Shown: positions 40,890 to 55,151, numbered from the stretch's first letter. The stretch is 64,000 bases of DNA from Phoronis australis (GCA_002633005.1 NMRA01000061.1:993400-1057399), one strand, 5' to 3'. The notes: generated from the letters alone by a model not told the origin. Translations and numbers: made by a program.

Positions 40890-42340
40890 ATAAAAATGGC
40901 CACTAGATGGCGCAAAAACATACAACCCATCCAAAAACGGGAACATGTCATAGTTCATAAAAATGTTTCAAGGAATTTCACAGAAACAAAGGAAAACAGA
41001 ACAAAATGAAATTGCCCTTTAAGTGGGCACAGCGTCCGATGGATCCGCCTGAAAGTCGTCGTCGTCTGTTGTTAACTTCATTATACACTCCCTAAATTTC
41101 ATAAAGACCCTGTAGTGGGTTTAGGAGATACAGCTATGGGTGAAATATACCACTAGAAGGCGCCACAGTAGCCTGTCGCCATCATCATACGTCCCCTTCA
41201 CACTGAGAACATATTCGCCAATTTTTAAAACCATCCCTAGAATGATTTGGTTGATAGAGGGGTGGACGCCAAAAACAACACTCGAAAACAGCAAAAAATG
41301 GCCACCAGGTGGCGCAAAATACATCGATTCCATCCAAAATCTGGATGATTGCGTCACCTCACCAATAGATGCCTATATTTAAAATTTTATGAAAATCTAT
41401 TGAGGACTTTTAAACGTACAGAGTTAATAGTAAAAAACTAAAATTGTCATTAGGGGGCGCCACAGTAGTGGAAGTCGTCAGAAAATCATCGTCAGCCGAC
41501 CGGTTTATAGATGAGTGGACGCCAAAAAACAGACTGAAAATGGAGAGGTAGCGTCACCTCATTAACAGATGCCTCTATGTCAAATTTTATGAAAATACGT
41601 TGAGGACTTTTAAAGATACAGAGGTAAAAGTAAAAAATAAAATTGCCACTAGGTGGCCCACCAGTAGTCAGATCTGTCCGACAGTCCTTCGTCGTCTCGC
41701 GTTGTTAACATCAATTGAATACACTTACTAAATTTAGTAAAGATCATGCTAACGGTTCAGTTTAGGAGATACAGGCATAGGCGCAAAAAAAAACTGCCAC
41801 TAGGAGGCCCCACAGTAGTCGAAGTCGTTGGAAAGTCATCATTAGCCGTCCACTTCATAGTAAAAACGTACATGCCTTTTTTCGCAATCATTCTTTGAGT
41901 GGTTTGGTTGATACAGGGGTGGACGCAACAAACAATAAAAATGACCACTAGGTGGCGCAAACTACGTCGCATCCATCCGAAAACGGAAGGATAGCGTCAT
42001 CTCACTAATAGGTGCCTACATAACGAATTTTATGAAAATCCGTTGAGGATTTTTGAAGATACAGAGGTAAACGTAAAAAATGCCACTAGGGGGCACACCG
42101 GTAGTTGGATCCGTCCGAAAGTTCGCTCATGCTGTCCTATCCGACCGGGGAGAAACACATGTGCACAATTTCATGAACATACGTCAACATGAGGGGTTTT
42201 GGAGCCTCCGGCGTCCGCTGCTCTATCGGATAGAGCAGCGGACGCCGAACGGACGGACGGACCCCCGCCGGACGGACGGACGGACTAACAGAGATGACGG
42301 CATAATGCGTTCACATATAAATATGTGGGCGCATAAAAAA
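40890..42340 (+). mobile_element. Non-autonomous Helentron/DINE-1-like element with internal ~150-bp tandem array
   Basis: Repeated units (AATTTTATGAAAATCCGTTGAGGA..., CCACTAGGTGGCGC), (GGAC)n microsatellite at ~42250-42285, terminal hairpin ATGCGTTCACATAT-AA-ATATGTGGGCGCAT at 42305-42334 followed by an A run. Left boundary approximate. Confidence 0.65.
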
Positions 42341-43660
42341 GTTCGGTGCATCCCTGACGTTATTCACATGGACAACGAGTGGGGACACGTAGAGCAACTT
42401 TCGCTCGCTTGAATGCAGTACTCAGTGTCACCAAAGCATTGTACAGGTAGCTATAAACTGCCGATTTGTAACAATATGTAGCAATTTTCGCTTACCGTAC
42501 GTACTTTTTTGTTGAAATAAATGCAAATTTTCTCCATTAGTCTAGGCCGGGTTTCTCCGATTTGTCTCTTCAATGTTGCGTTTGTTCTCCTTGAAAGTCC
42601 AACGCATGCGGGATCATGCAGCAGAATCCCTGAACGATGTGCTCATATGTACGCATTACGAGGCCGGGAAAGGCTAGAATTTCAGTCCGTGTTGTGGCTA
42701 CAGCTAGGGCCGTAGGAAAAGGGGGGCATCAGGGTTAAACCGTTGCAACCGACATACGTGTTGGGCGGGGACAGTCGAGAAAAGAAAGACTGCTAAATTC
42801 GGATACGAGAGAAAACTCAAGAGAACATAGTAACAACTCTGTATCAGTGCATGGTTTACCTTGTGAAGACCTGGCCATGACATTGTTGTTGGGGACTCAG
42901 CTTTAGCAGCACGGGTCGTCTAAATGCACTTGGAAACGTGCACGTAATGATTCATGCATATATTTCGAAAATTCGACAAAATTTGTAAAGCGAAGCTTTT
43001 GCGGAGTGTATTATTTTGCTGGATTTTTAAAGTCAGTAAGTCAATTTTCCGACTGCAGAACCGTATTTTTCCAGAGGCCCCTCTCTGGCAAGGAGTAAGA
43101 AAGACAACTGTCGCTTTTTTTTCTCGAATTGTATATCACTTGAGAAAATTTGATGACCTGACAGATACATCATCAATTGGTGCACCTTTCTTGATTTTTG
43201 AAAATATAGATATTTTCACATAGAGGGGCCCCATGTCTGAAGAAGGCCATCGATTACATTCAAGTGGCCACAGTTTTTATGTTTCTATTAACAAATTTTT
43301 AAGGCTACACTCACGGAGGGAGGTCCCATAATGTGGGACTCGATTACGTCTATTTTCCTGTTTTTTTGTGAAATCATGTTGAAGAAGGTCACTTCCTGTA
43401 CTTCAAAGAATGGCCATAATGAGGTTTTCCCGAAACTGGATCATGATAAAAGGAACCTTGACCTTCGACCCAGCAATAGTTGCTTCAAGCAGCTCCCACC
43501 TACCCGTCAGTGCGCTCGGGGCTTACTCTCCGTGAATCTTTGTTGGTTCACGGTAAATCAAATCCTGATGGCTGTATCCCCGGTATTACCCCCACCTATG
43601 GCGGACGTGAGGGGTGGGGTTCTGTACAAATATGGTGACATCCAGAGAACGGGGGGGGGG

Positions 43661-43863
43661 NNNNNNNNNNNNNNNNNNNNNNNNNNNNNNNNNNNNNNNN
43701 NNNNNNNNNNNNNNNNNNNNNNNNNNNNNNNNNNNNNNNNNNNNNNNNNNNNNNNNNNNNNNNNNNNNNNNNNNNNNNNNNNNNNNNNNNNNNNNNNNNN
43801 NNNNNNNNNNNNNNNNNNNNNNNNNNNNNNNNNNNNNNNNNNNNNNNNNNNNNNNNNNNNNNN
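43661..43863. other. Assembly gap (N run)
   Basis: 203 Ns, preceded by a G homopolymer. Confidence 1.
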
Positions 43864-45281
43864 NTAACTCAAAATCCTGGATACGCCCCTGCCTACATAA
43901 TACCTTAAACTTTCCCTTCTGCAGAACCACGTACTTTTTTTCCTTAGTAGGACTAGGAACCTTGGACTAAGCCAGAATCATTGGTTTTGACGACATTACG
44001 TGGACTTGATCGAGGCAATCGTTTGACTTTTTATTCGCTATTTCATCAAGATATTGGAATTATATCATTTCAATCTTTGAGATATGTGGCTAGCGCTGCC
44101 CTAATAAACACGCCTATATGCCTACGGTGGAATCGTCCAACGGATTCATCGTTTTCAGTTCGAAAGTCACGCCTGAGGGATTATCCAAAAAATATTGAAG
44201 TTTTTACATTTCTCAAGCAAAACCGTCACCGTGGGTTCACGCTTCCTTCCGCTCACGGCCTTCCGGGCAACGCGCGCTTTTTGGGAAACTTTAATTGAAA
44301 ACGTACGTCCCTCAGTACGACGGTCTGTTTCTATTACATGCATGGATTGGATTCCATTTCAGGTTTAGCGTACGAAGCTCGACAGAAGTAGACCTATAGT
44401 ACTGCACTATAGATAACTAAATTGCATTAGTCCAAAAAGCCAGCACCACCAAACGGCACGTGTCACCCAATGCTGGGTTAGCAGTATCGTCATGTCAGTG
44501 CCAATGTGGTGAGGGTCCACGTTCAATTAACACCCAGTAAGACAAGAGAATTAAATGCCATTACAATATTTATTCATTCATTCATTCAACAGTTCAATAT
44601 TGTACAGGAAGACACAATAGACCGTCACTTCGATAAATAAAGTATTCAACAATATTACAGATAATGTAAATGCAGTTTCACCTGCCATGCGGCCTCTGGC
44701 GTACGACTGGTGAGTTAGGGTTCCCCTGAACTCACTGGCCAGCCAGCATATTGCTCTTGAATGGCGCATCCGGATCATAGACATCTTAATACTATATTCA
44801 CTGCCTATTGAAGTCGTATGGTGGCAATCAACCACATCATTGACGTCTGTACAAGCAAATCATATGCAGGTACGTGTAAGACAATTAACGAGACCGGTGG
44901 CCACTCCCTCCAGCTATATATTGGCACGTGAGTTCTGTACTCGCGAAATAATTAAGAATAGTATTGAAAAATTAAAAGTCATTTCACCCTGGGACCACTT
45001 TAATTCAAGGAAACGGCGGTGATATGCGTGACATTGTTCTGAAGTCTGGCCAGTATTGATCAGACACAGCTAGCATGATGTGGTTTCCTTGGGGCCCATT
45101 TTAAGAGCCACTAGGTTTCATCATCGTACATTACACACAACGAAGGCCCAAGCACCAAATTACGAGTCAACGCATTAACCTCTCTAGTGTGCCTAACCAA
45201 CACTAGAGGCTGTGTCAATATTACAAGTTAATAATGACCATCAAGATGTTTTCATACCTTCAGCTCTCGAGGTTCCGATTT

Positions 45282-45316
45282 GTGTGTGTGTGTGTGTGTG
45301 TGTGCGTGTGCGTGCG
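45282..45316. repeat. (TG)n microsatellite ending at single N
   Basis: Visible directly. Confidence 0.9.
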
Positions 45317-47402
45317 NAAACCCATGGAGTATGTACTTGACGGGGGACCCCAGAACGGACATGAGAGCTCTGGTGCGCAGATTAAACAATTTTAAATGGG
45401 TTGCTGTGAAATTATTAACAAAGAATCCCAAACCGCCGTAGTATATTATATGTACTCAAGTATTTTGTCAATGCCATAGTGTAAATTGTGCCAGTTTGCT
45501 TACTTGGTACCACACTATTTAGTCTCCATGATGTTAGAACGGGTTCCAAACAAAAATAAGATGAAATATAATCATTACTGATCAATCTGTGAAATTTTCA
45601 AGTAATGACTCAAAGGTGTTCCATTGTCAATAAATATATAAATAACACAATTATCACAAAGTGGTCCCTTGCCACTGCATTTAACATGCAGAGCTACACA
45701 TCAGTAAATATCATACTTGAAACCGTTTTGGAAATTTGTTCATTATCAATTTCGAAAAAGTGTCAAAAAACAAGTTCTGATCTAGGTCACACATAATTGT
45801 TAGAAATCGGCCTAAATTCCTCACAAAACACAACCACGATAACTGCACTTATTGGACCTTGAAAGGACAAAAATGAAGAGAACGAAGCTTTGGCACAAAG
45901 AATGGGTGTTAAAGGAAACGCTAATACATGTTAACACACCAAAACATTGTTTGGAATGAAATGGAAAGCCATTAATATGACGGATGTCCTCGTTGACAAA
46001 CTTTTCACGAAATGCCATGCACAATGAAACTGAATAGAAGACCTAAAAACAAAGAGTAAATTTTTTGTGAAATGTGAAACATTTCGTCACGCCTGCGTAA
46101 ACGTGAAAGTGACATTTTTAGCATCTCTGAAACATGATTTAAAGCTCATTGTGAACACGTTGTATTTTTAGGCCGTCATGAATTGGTGGTGACCACGAGA
46201 TTTGGTATTGATCAGAATTAAATTGGGTGAAAGCAACAATCTTTTGCGATCTGTTGAACTCGAAAAAATATTTATTGTAAATTCTCTCGTTTTACCTGCC
46301 AAAACATTGACGTGACCCCCTTTGCAAATAAAATTCATTTACCGTAGACATCAGCTATGAGCCCAGCTCGTTTGCATTCGAGGCGCCTAGCCCTCTACCT
46401 GCGCTGGCGTTTAAAGCCATGGAATTGAGCCCTCAGCATAAGGTAGTACCCTCATATTCATTTGACACAGTTTATTGGCTCTCTTATAATTACCAGGTTT
46501 GTTTAAAAACAGCTGTTGGCACCCTAGAAAGAGCTGCGACGAGCACTACTTTTAAGTTGTATATCCAAACATATCACAATCTACAGTAAAATCATCACTA
46601 AACGTGTTACCCAGTCTCTCCTCAATTTCGTGCGTCTCTAAATATATAAATTACATTGTGGTATTTTCATAATAGATCATAGCAAAAGAGATCAAAATTG
46701 AACGAATTGGTCAAAAAATTCTCATAGACCTTTTTTCTTGAGCCATGTAGACAAAATAAAATTCTGCGTGTCTGAAATACTACGGGTTACATTGAAGTGC
46801 ATTTAGAGTACTGACAATATCCTAACCACGATCAAGCTCTACCACTACAGTGCATTAAACTCACTTACTTGGACTGAACTGATGTACAGTAACTGCTCAT
46901 CAATTTAGCATACAACATGACCGCCAAGTGAAATTTAATGGTTTCCATGTTGTTACTTACGGTAAGCAGCACCACATAAATGCTATTTCATCATTTTTAA
47001 AGATGGCTTCCACGACCACCATCCAGCAATGATTCTGAGAACTTGTGGGCATTGGCAAAAAGGTTATAAGCTTTTGAAAAATGATAAAGACCAACTCTGG
47101 CAATTATGCTTGTCTACACTACATGAGAGTTTACCCTACTAATACATAACAATTCTGACAGCAAAATTATCGTTCTTCATATAGGTCCTAGGGAAATTTG
47201 GGTACAGAAACTTGCATTTTCAACAGATAAAATTGGCTTCTTAACTGGTATTCAGCCCATTTTGAGAACATTGCCATCTCCCACAGTAGATGGGTGAAAG
47301 GAACACCCAATTTGTGTTCACAGCCTTGTCTTGTTGAAATCCGAGTTTAGGTGAAGGTATGAAACCCTTTTGAGAATCATCCATATATGACGGTCCATAT
47401 AA

Positions 47403-47827
47403 AGTGCTGTCCACACAGACTTACCCTAGAACAATTTATTCCTCGAACCAGTTGTTGCTAGCTTTGGAGACAGTGTGGATGTTATTTAAACTACTGCAAC
47501 TTACCCCATTTATGACAACTTACTCCACCTTGGCGAAGTGGGGAAACTTGTTCTAGGATATCTTGTGCCACTTCCAATTCCTGTGTGGTCACAAACCCAG
47601 GGCAAGCCAGAAGTAATTATCACCTGCAGCTACATACAGACGGATTTTCTTTTGAGAGCCATACTGGCACTAGGACTTGTTCATTGTCACACACAGAGCA
47701 ACAATTTCCACCTTACCCTAGTTATCGAATATGTGTGTGTGTGTGTGTGTGTGGACGCTCCACTCAAAAGTGGGGTAAGTTGCAGAAGTGCAAGTTGTTC
47801 TAGGGTAAGCTGTGTGTGGACGAGACT
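47403..47827. mobile_element. Tourist/Harbinger-type MITE with TAA TSD
   Basis: TIRs AGTGCTGTCCACACAGACTTACCCTAGAACAA / TTGTTCTAGGGTAAGCTGTGTGTGGACGAGACT; TAA at 47400-47402 and 47828-47830. Confidence 0.75.
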
Positions 47828-47890
47828 TAAGTCATATTTCCATAACCACATTTTTTGGAAGTACCATTAAAAGACTCTTATAACATTGTA

Positions 47891-48328
47891 GTATGCAATA
47901 AAATAGGTTTTCATAGTTCATGACGATGTTGAGCAGGTAAAAATCCACTTACTATGAAACTGTTTGTTATTGATGACTTGAACGTTTTCACCCTCATCTA
48001 AGGGTCTTTTTCGATGAGTGGATTACGCGCGTTTTGTCGACCCAGGTTTAGAATGAGTACATACAACCAGGGGAGCTGCAGACCTTGGTCTACCACCATG
48101 TCTACAGTTCCCCGCGGTGCATGACCCCATTCTAGACCTGGGCCAACAAAGCCTGCGTAATCCACTCGCTGCAAAAGACCCTTAGATGAGGGTGGAAAGG
48201 TTTGAGTCATCAACATCAAACAAGTTCATAGTAAGTGAATATTTACCTGCTCAACATTGCATCAGTAAGAAAATATTGAAATCGGATCGTATGTATAATT
48301 CTCAATGGTATGCACCCTTATTGCATAC
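47891..48328. mobile_element. Foldback MITE with ~80-bp inverted arms
   Basis: ATGTTGAGCAGGTAAA...CACCCTCATCTAAGGGTCTTTT (47926-48010) is complementary to AAAAGACCCTTAGATGAGGGTG...TTTACCTGCTCAACAT (to 48257); outer GTATGCAATAA / TTATTGCATAC. Confidence 0.75.
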
Positions 48329-49658
48329 AGCGAAATCTCACTAAATTCTGACAAAAATGCAAAATTGCACCTCTTTTCAGTTTCAAGAGCTTCTAACATT
48401 GTTGCAATTCCCACAAGATTTCAAAATATTTTACTGGCACAGAACTAGAACATTGTAAAACATTAATTTCATGCTATATATCTTTTATGAAAAAACAGAA
48501 ATAAAATTTCACATGCGAGCCATATTGCGTCCCACATTGGTTAAATTTTACCATACTAGACAGACAGTTTGTGCAACATGGTTTCAATCTTGGCCTGTCT
48601 TAAGTAACACTTTGTTTCTGCAGTACTGGCTGTGAAAGGAGAATAAAAGGATTAAAAAATTTCAGACATGACATTGTTAAAAGATCTCCGTCACCTACAG
48701 TTCTTGTTTAAACTCACAAGAAAATTAATTGCCCAATCAAATCGAAATTGCGGAAGCAATCACCGAAAATTTTAAAAGAGGTACCTCTATACCACGAGGT
48801 GTCTTGTAGAAGTTCCCTCGAGGATAAGGGTAATTTGTGTATTCCTCAAATCTACTCACTACGAGGCTTAACTTGGCACATTAGCAATGAGACAAGGTAA
48901 TTCTAAATTTACATAGAGGTGGTTCCAGGTAAGACAGATGGGCAGAGAAGCCAAATGGGAACTCAGAATCCACTAGGTGGCGCTAATGATTGTAGAAATG
49001 CATGCAAGCAGGATTAAAATTTCCCAAATGCCCCATGCGGGGCAACACCTTTATGTTCTCAATCTATGCAGGTGCTAAAAAGAGCACCTTTACTCCATGA
49101 GCACCACCTAGTGAGCATCAAGGCACTCGGTGTGTATAAACAATTACAGAGGTTAAACTTTTACACGATATCCTACGGTAAAAATTCTCAATTTGGTTAA
49201 GTGAAAATTTAAATAATTTTGCCCATCAAAGCTATTAACCATAACAATCAATGACAAATAACCATTCACTTCCGTGTTACCAGGGCACTTGATACCTGGA
49301 TTCTGGTGTCGAATATCGGCCCAATTTCACAAGACATATTTCAGAAACATGATGAATACCACAGTCCTAATCATTACAATAAAGAAATTATAATTTCAGT
49401 TCAATTTTTCATGTCTCAAATTTTAGAGACACCCCAACTGGATAATTTTTACCACAATTTGTACCATGGGTCACATTTTGTTTTTCAAACTTGACAGTCT
49501 GGTTCCCCACGCTGAATGAAACCTCCTCTATACATTAGATAATCTTTAACCCTGCATTTGATTAGACTAGGAGGCTGAGCTAATTGACAAAGGATCATCA
49601 CCAAAAACTGACCCCAAGAAAACATCTTGAAGGCAAATTATCTAAAACAACACCGTGG

Positions 49659-52600
49659 TCATGGACTGTGATGTGATCCTTGTTCAATGCTGTAATAGTA
49701 AATCACATAACATATCGGCAACAGCAGGCCAATAACAAATATCACAGCAACAATACCCCACCAACGCATTCCGCAGTCCGTGCCATCAAACCACACCTTG
49801 CGTCTATTATCTGTCAGAGGGTAAATTCTCTTACAATTCAACGACTGAGTCACTTGCTCAAGGGAATCCATGCGTATCCTCGTCGACTGACGAATCTTTT
49901 CCAAATCTTTGTCCATGTGTTTCAGAAACTCTTTAGCCTCATTGGTTTGACTACTCATAGCACCACGTATACTCAACGTCCGCTCGAGCAAGGCGTCTGA
50001 CTCGGCAGCTGGACCCTGCTCGTACAAAGTGTCCTCGTCATCTTCGTAACTATCTGGATCCACTCCTTGTAGAATCGCGAGGTCTTTCTTGCGCATTTTT
50101 GCATGTAACTGTTCTTTCTCCTTCGCCTCATTTTCCTTCTGAATTAGTTCCTTAAGATACCCGTGTGATTTTAACGGTACTTTTATAGTCCTAAGCGCAT
50201 AAAAGTCTTGGTCCTGTATAAGGTTATTCAGTCTTTTTAGTTCAGCCACCTGGAAATGGAAAATGACGCAGGACTTTTCAGGTCAAATTAACAAAAAGAT
50301 TGCAGGTTAGCATGTCACGATTCTGTGACAGAATTCATAAATGACCCTGTCACACCAAGGCAGTTCTCAGTACTATCTCGAAAACCAGAAAAAAAAATAA
50401 AACTCACCGGAACTGACTAAACATTGTACAATCTGAGTAAAAAAACACCATTTTCGGTATTGTCAAGGCATATTTCTGGTCAAAAAAAAGTTACTCGGTT
50501 TCCACCTGTCCCTAGCACTGTTTCATTAATATGGCTCAATCGTTTTAAGAATAAGTTTGGTGTGACAGGGGCTCTAAGCTAATAAGATAAGAACAATGCA
50601 CAGTATTTACGTGTGCTATAGCATATAACAATGACGTAAGGGCTGCTCATTCTCCAAATATTTCCACACAGTAGAGTGAACAGGACAAGTGAACTTAAAA
50701 TTGAATCTGTGTGCTACAGTGAGCACTGCAGCCATCCAACCAATAATGTCGGCAATGCTTTGCTCAGTGACATATTCAGTAGCATACGCCAGGAAAAAAT
50801 GGGTCATTTGAACAGTTTCACGTAACCCCACCATACCTGTCCAAAACTTTGGAACCGACTTAACACGGGTTCTCAAATCCGCAATGAAGCACACTCTTTT
50901 GATAAATAAACTTCTGACCGAGGACCAAAGTGTCATATTACTTGCATTACTCAAAAGGTTGCATTTATCCAGAATGAAAGTCTGCAGCTGACTACATTAG
51001 CAGTAAGCGCCATTTCCTAGAACTGAGACTCCCTTAAGTACTGAGATATGTTGTCACCGTTCCAGATGCTATAGCAAGCAGCTTGACGCCTTGACTGATT
51101 TGAAAATAGCAGAAACAAAATCATTCCAAATGATGCTCCACTCTGTTTACTGAGCCAGTACAAACATCACAGAAATTAAACAATTTAGGTATTTGAACCA
51201 TACACTTAAAAATGTGACTAATCACTCTAAAAATTCACTCTCGCCATCTGGTGGCCAGCCAGCAAATTTCCACTCACCCAGCGCCTTCTTTAGTAGAATT
51301 GGAAACTGGGCGAGTGGCATTCGAAGCCATCTGAAAATCAATGTCAGCTATGCTCTCAGAAATAAGTACACGACCCTCGTATTTCATGACAATCCTTTAG
51401 GTTATCTCAAACCTTATTCACAAAAAATGGCTGTACAGAGATGGACACCAAAACGGCAGAACCGAAATACTAAAATTGGCACTAGGGGCCTCACAATACG
51501 ACAAAGTCGTTGGAAAGTTGTTGGGTGACACACTCTCTTTGATACAAAACTTATCTGCAAGTTTGGTAGAGATTCTGCGCAAGGTACTAGGCAGATATAA
51601 AAGCAAACCTGAAAGCTAAAGTGGCCACTAGGTGGCTCCGCAGTAGTCAGATACAGCTGAAAATCGTCATCATTATCGTCAGTGTCGTAGGAACCTTTGA
51701 CAATTTCATAAAGATCCCACAAGAGCTTTATAACAGACCTGAGTAGCACATGCGAGACGTAAGGAAAGATACCAGATGGAGATGACGGCAAACTAGTATA
51801 CATGAGGGCACATAAAAGCCATGCCACAGAAAGATTACAAAAAATCTGACTTAATACAGGACTTCATTTTACTGAAAAATGGAGTCACAACAGAAACGCA
51901 CAATAGAGAAGACAAAAAACGATACGATTAAACAAGGAGTATTATTTGTTTTACAGATTTTGACGTCACAACAAATTACCACCTGGCAATAAATGTTACT
52001 TTATTCCTCTCAAACTGTCACCAGAAGGACAACCTTAAAGCCAGAGCTTGCCAGTCACACTCATGGTGCAAGTAGTGCACATTTATGCTAAAATATACAG
52101 TCGCCAATTTGCACAATGCAGGAACTGTGAACTGTTAATGATGAGGGTAGGAATGGATGGTTGAAAGAAATCTAGTTATCATATTACTACCTGCTGAAGA
52201 CATTTTCCTGGTTTTATATATAAATTAAATATGAGGTGTGAAAGCTAATATGCTCCGGTGGAAAATCTTAAAGTTGCTTGGGTAATATTACAATGCTTGA
52301 ACTTGGAATTCCCCTTCACCTCAAGATCGCATATGCATGACCTTGGAATAGCCGAAGCAACTTGACAAGCCGACTCAAAAAATCACGTAGATGAAATTTT
52401 GCACTACACATGATAATAAAATGTAAGCATTAACCAACCTTTAATGGCTTTCTTCAACTATTGGCTATCTTATGAAACAACACTAATAATTGATTAACCA
52501 TTCACATATTCCTCCTAGTCAGTGACACAAGTTCTAAGTAAACGAGGAAATGGATAATCGTGGAGAAGATAATTACAAATATTCTTTACAACGAACAAAA

Positions 52601-55151
52601 ACTTTCACTTGACTACGTTCATGAATATTCAATTTCAAGTTCACGCATACAATATCTTAACCCAATTTCCACGTTCAAGTACAACTGTCAATACAACAAT
52701 ACAACTTGTACCCTGGCGATTAGTATGTATACAAAACTTCAGGTGGAGGGATATTACATCCTTGATCTATATATGTCATGCCCAGGAAACTTTTTGTTCC
52801 ACCATTCATATTTACCAAATATTATAACAAAACTACAATGACATTCATTGCTAGAAATTACATAGAAAATAAATCTGAAACTAAATAAGGCGATCCAGAT
52901 CCTCCCAAGGATACTATTGTTTCACGAAATGTAGAATATAAATAGGTAAATAAAACAACAAGAATGGATCAACTGAAATTTTCGGATGTAATAACGTCCT
53001 TTGTCAACAGAAACAGGACATTATTACATCCAAAAATTTCAGTTGATCCATTCTTGTTGTTTTATTTACCTATTTATATTCTACAATTAGAAATTACACA
53101 AATGTATAATAATTTAACTAAAAAGCATGTTTACCATAATACGAAAACCAAACTAACGTGCCATTACACTTCAATATGATGCCATATCACTAAAAATCTC
53201 ATCTTCATGTTGACTTTTTAACCTTTTGAACCTCACGTACTAAATACAGTGAAATGCTCCCCTATGGTTATACTGTGGTAGTAATGGGGATCATAGAATT
53301 GATTTTGGCTCGAAAAATGATTCATTCTTGTTCTTATTCAACCTGATTCTAAAGCTGGCAAAACGTTTCCAACTGTAACACTTTAAAAAGTTGAATTCGA
53401 TTTTTAATTCTATATATGGCAAATGTGAGCAGTTAATGCGCCTGTGGAGTGAAAGTGTGTGTCAGTCCATTATTAAACCAAACAAGTGTTACATTATAGC
53501 AGCTGAGTTTTTTATCCGTACAGTATTGCATGTTTGCATGAACATTATCAACTAAAAAACGGAAAGTTGTTAAGTTCAAGGGAAAAAATTGTAAAACAAA
53601 GAAGTGCCAGACAATATTCTTTCACACCTCACCTGTGAGATAGTTAAGGGAATAAGTTTAGCACAAGGTGAGGGGCAACAATTCAAAGCCTGAATATCAC
53701 CTTTAATTTGACTTAAGGAACAATTTGAGAATAATTTCATAATGGTAAGTGTTCCCAAATTAAAAGTAGTTTTTGTTGTGTAAGTGGGGCGTGGTAACTT
53801 GGTGAATAAAACCAGAGATAACACTTACGAGTTGAAACAGCACCCATTGTTTTATTACCCAACATCCTTAGCTAGACTAACAGCAGACACCAAGTGTCGA
53901 ACTAGTAAACTACTAGTAAAGGCAATAAAACCTGTAACAGGATACTGCATGGGTTGATAGCTACGTTTTATAGCTCTAATATGCACTTCAAGTAGGTATG
54001 TGGGAAGTCTGCCGAGGTTTGCAATCATGCCACTACATGGCGCACTTGCTGCTCACTGTGATTGGCTTCTGCTTGACCTTTGATTGGTGTCAATCATTTT
54101 CTGACTTCGATCAAAGGTCAAACAGCAGGTAGGTAATCACAGATGTCACCAAGTGGCAAGATAGCGAAACTCACCAGACTTCTGGTACATCTTTGTAACT
54201 TTGTAATGGCATACACAGTTCTCCCGTCTTTAGTTATGCAGTGTACCAGTGTATATTGGAGGTACAGTATTGTTGCGTTCCAACAACTTCAGTACCTAGA
54301 CTTCTAGAAGTACTCACCAGTTAAAACACAGCTACCCAGGCTCAAATAAAACCCAATGGAGGTGCTCATCCCTGATGGCTGAAAGCCTGTCAGCAGCCTC
54401 CCCCCACCAGTATAAATAAAAAAACATCCGGGGAACCACAAAACTGACAAATCACAAGACACCACAGAATGATCAAGACAAGGACGAATGATGTTGACGA
54501 TTACAAACGTAAGGTGAAAAATCGACCCACGTTGGGTGCCAATGTAGTGAAAAATAACCTAGTCCAAATTTCGAACCCATTACCTCTTGCCTCAATGTCA
54601 GGCGTCTTTTAAAGCCAGTTCGACCAAGGAGAAAATGCCCGTAGCGAGTGATTAAGAGAAGCCTTTATAACACTACACTCACTGCAGATTCACCACAACA
54701 CTCACTGAAAAGATCAAAATAACCTCCCATGGGTGCCCAGGCCAGGATAACCATGGAACTACTGCCAGTAGGCTTTGAGCATTATACTTACAGGACACCT
54801 GTACTGGAGGGATAAACTCTGTAAGGTATCATTGTCCGACAGTGTTTTTTCCATACACTCCAGCTCGTCCACAGGTTTTGGGCAGTTAGCAGACGTTGTC
54901 CCATACGTTCCAACGTCACCATTTCCATATTTTGATCGCACACTTAATTTAGTAAGTTCCATGCCAGAGCCTTCGTTGTCGGTGAACTTAGAGTTACCGA
55001 ACATGTAGACTCGAGTTTCGGGAACGTTTTCATTTTGAGCTTGACCACTTGTTCGAGAACTGATCAGTTTTACTTCTTCTTTCTTTTTCTCGTGTTCTCT
55101 TTCCTTCGGTGCCGCCGATATGAGACCAAGTTTTTCATATTTGTGGCTCAT
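49659..55151 (-). CDS. LYSMD3: LysM and putative peptidoglycan-binding domain-containing protein 3/4 (316 aa); coding exons 55151-54792 and 50249-49659
   Basis: LysM domain split across a phase-0 intron (DTLQSLSLQYRCP|VAELKRLNNLIQDQDFYALRTIKVP), N-terminal RVYMFG motif, FLKHMDKDLEKI coil, DGTDCGMRWW followed by a C-terminal TM helix. Confidence 0.95.
50343..50572. mobile_element. Harbinger-type MITE in LYSMD3 intron
   Basis: TIRs GACCCTGTCACACCAA / TTGGTGTGACAGGGGC. Confidence 0.6.
51420..51730 (+). mobile_element. Degenerate fragment of the same Helentron-like repeat unit as 40890-42340
   Basis: Shares GATGGACACCAAAA, GCACTAGGGGCCTCACA, AAGTCGTTGGAAAGT, CCACTAGGTGGCTC and AATTTCATAAAGATCC. 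Confidence 0.55.
53998..54190. repeat. ~190-bp imperfect palindrome (old foldback element)
   Basis: GAAGTCTG..GAGGTTTGC.ATC.TGCCACT / AGTGGCAAGATAGCGAAACTC..CAGACTTC and TTGACCTTTGAT / ATCAAAGGTCAA. Confidence 0.7.
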
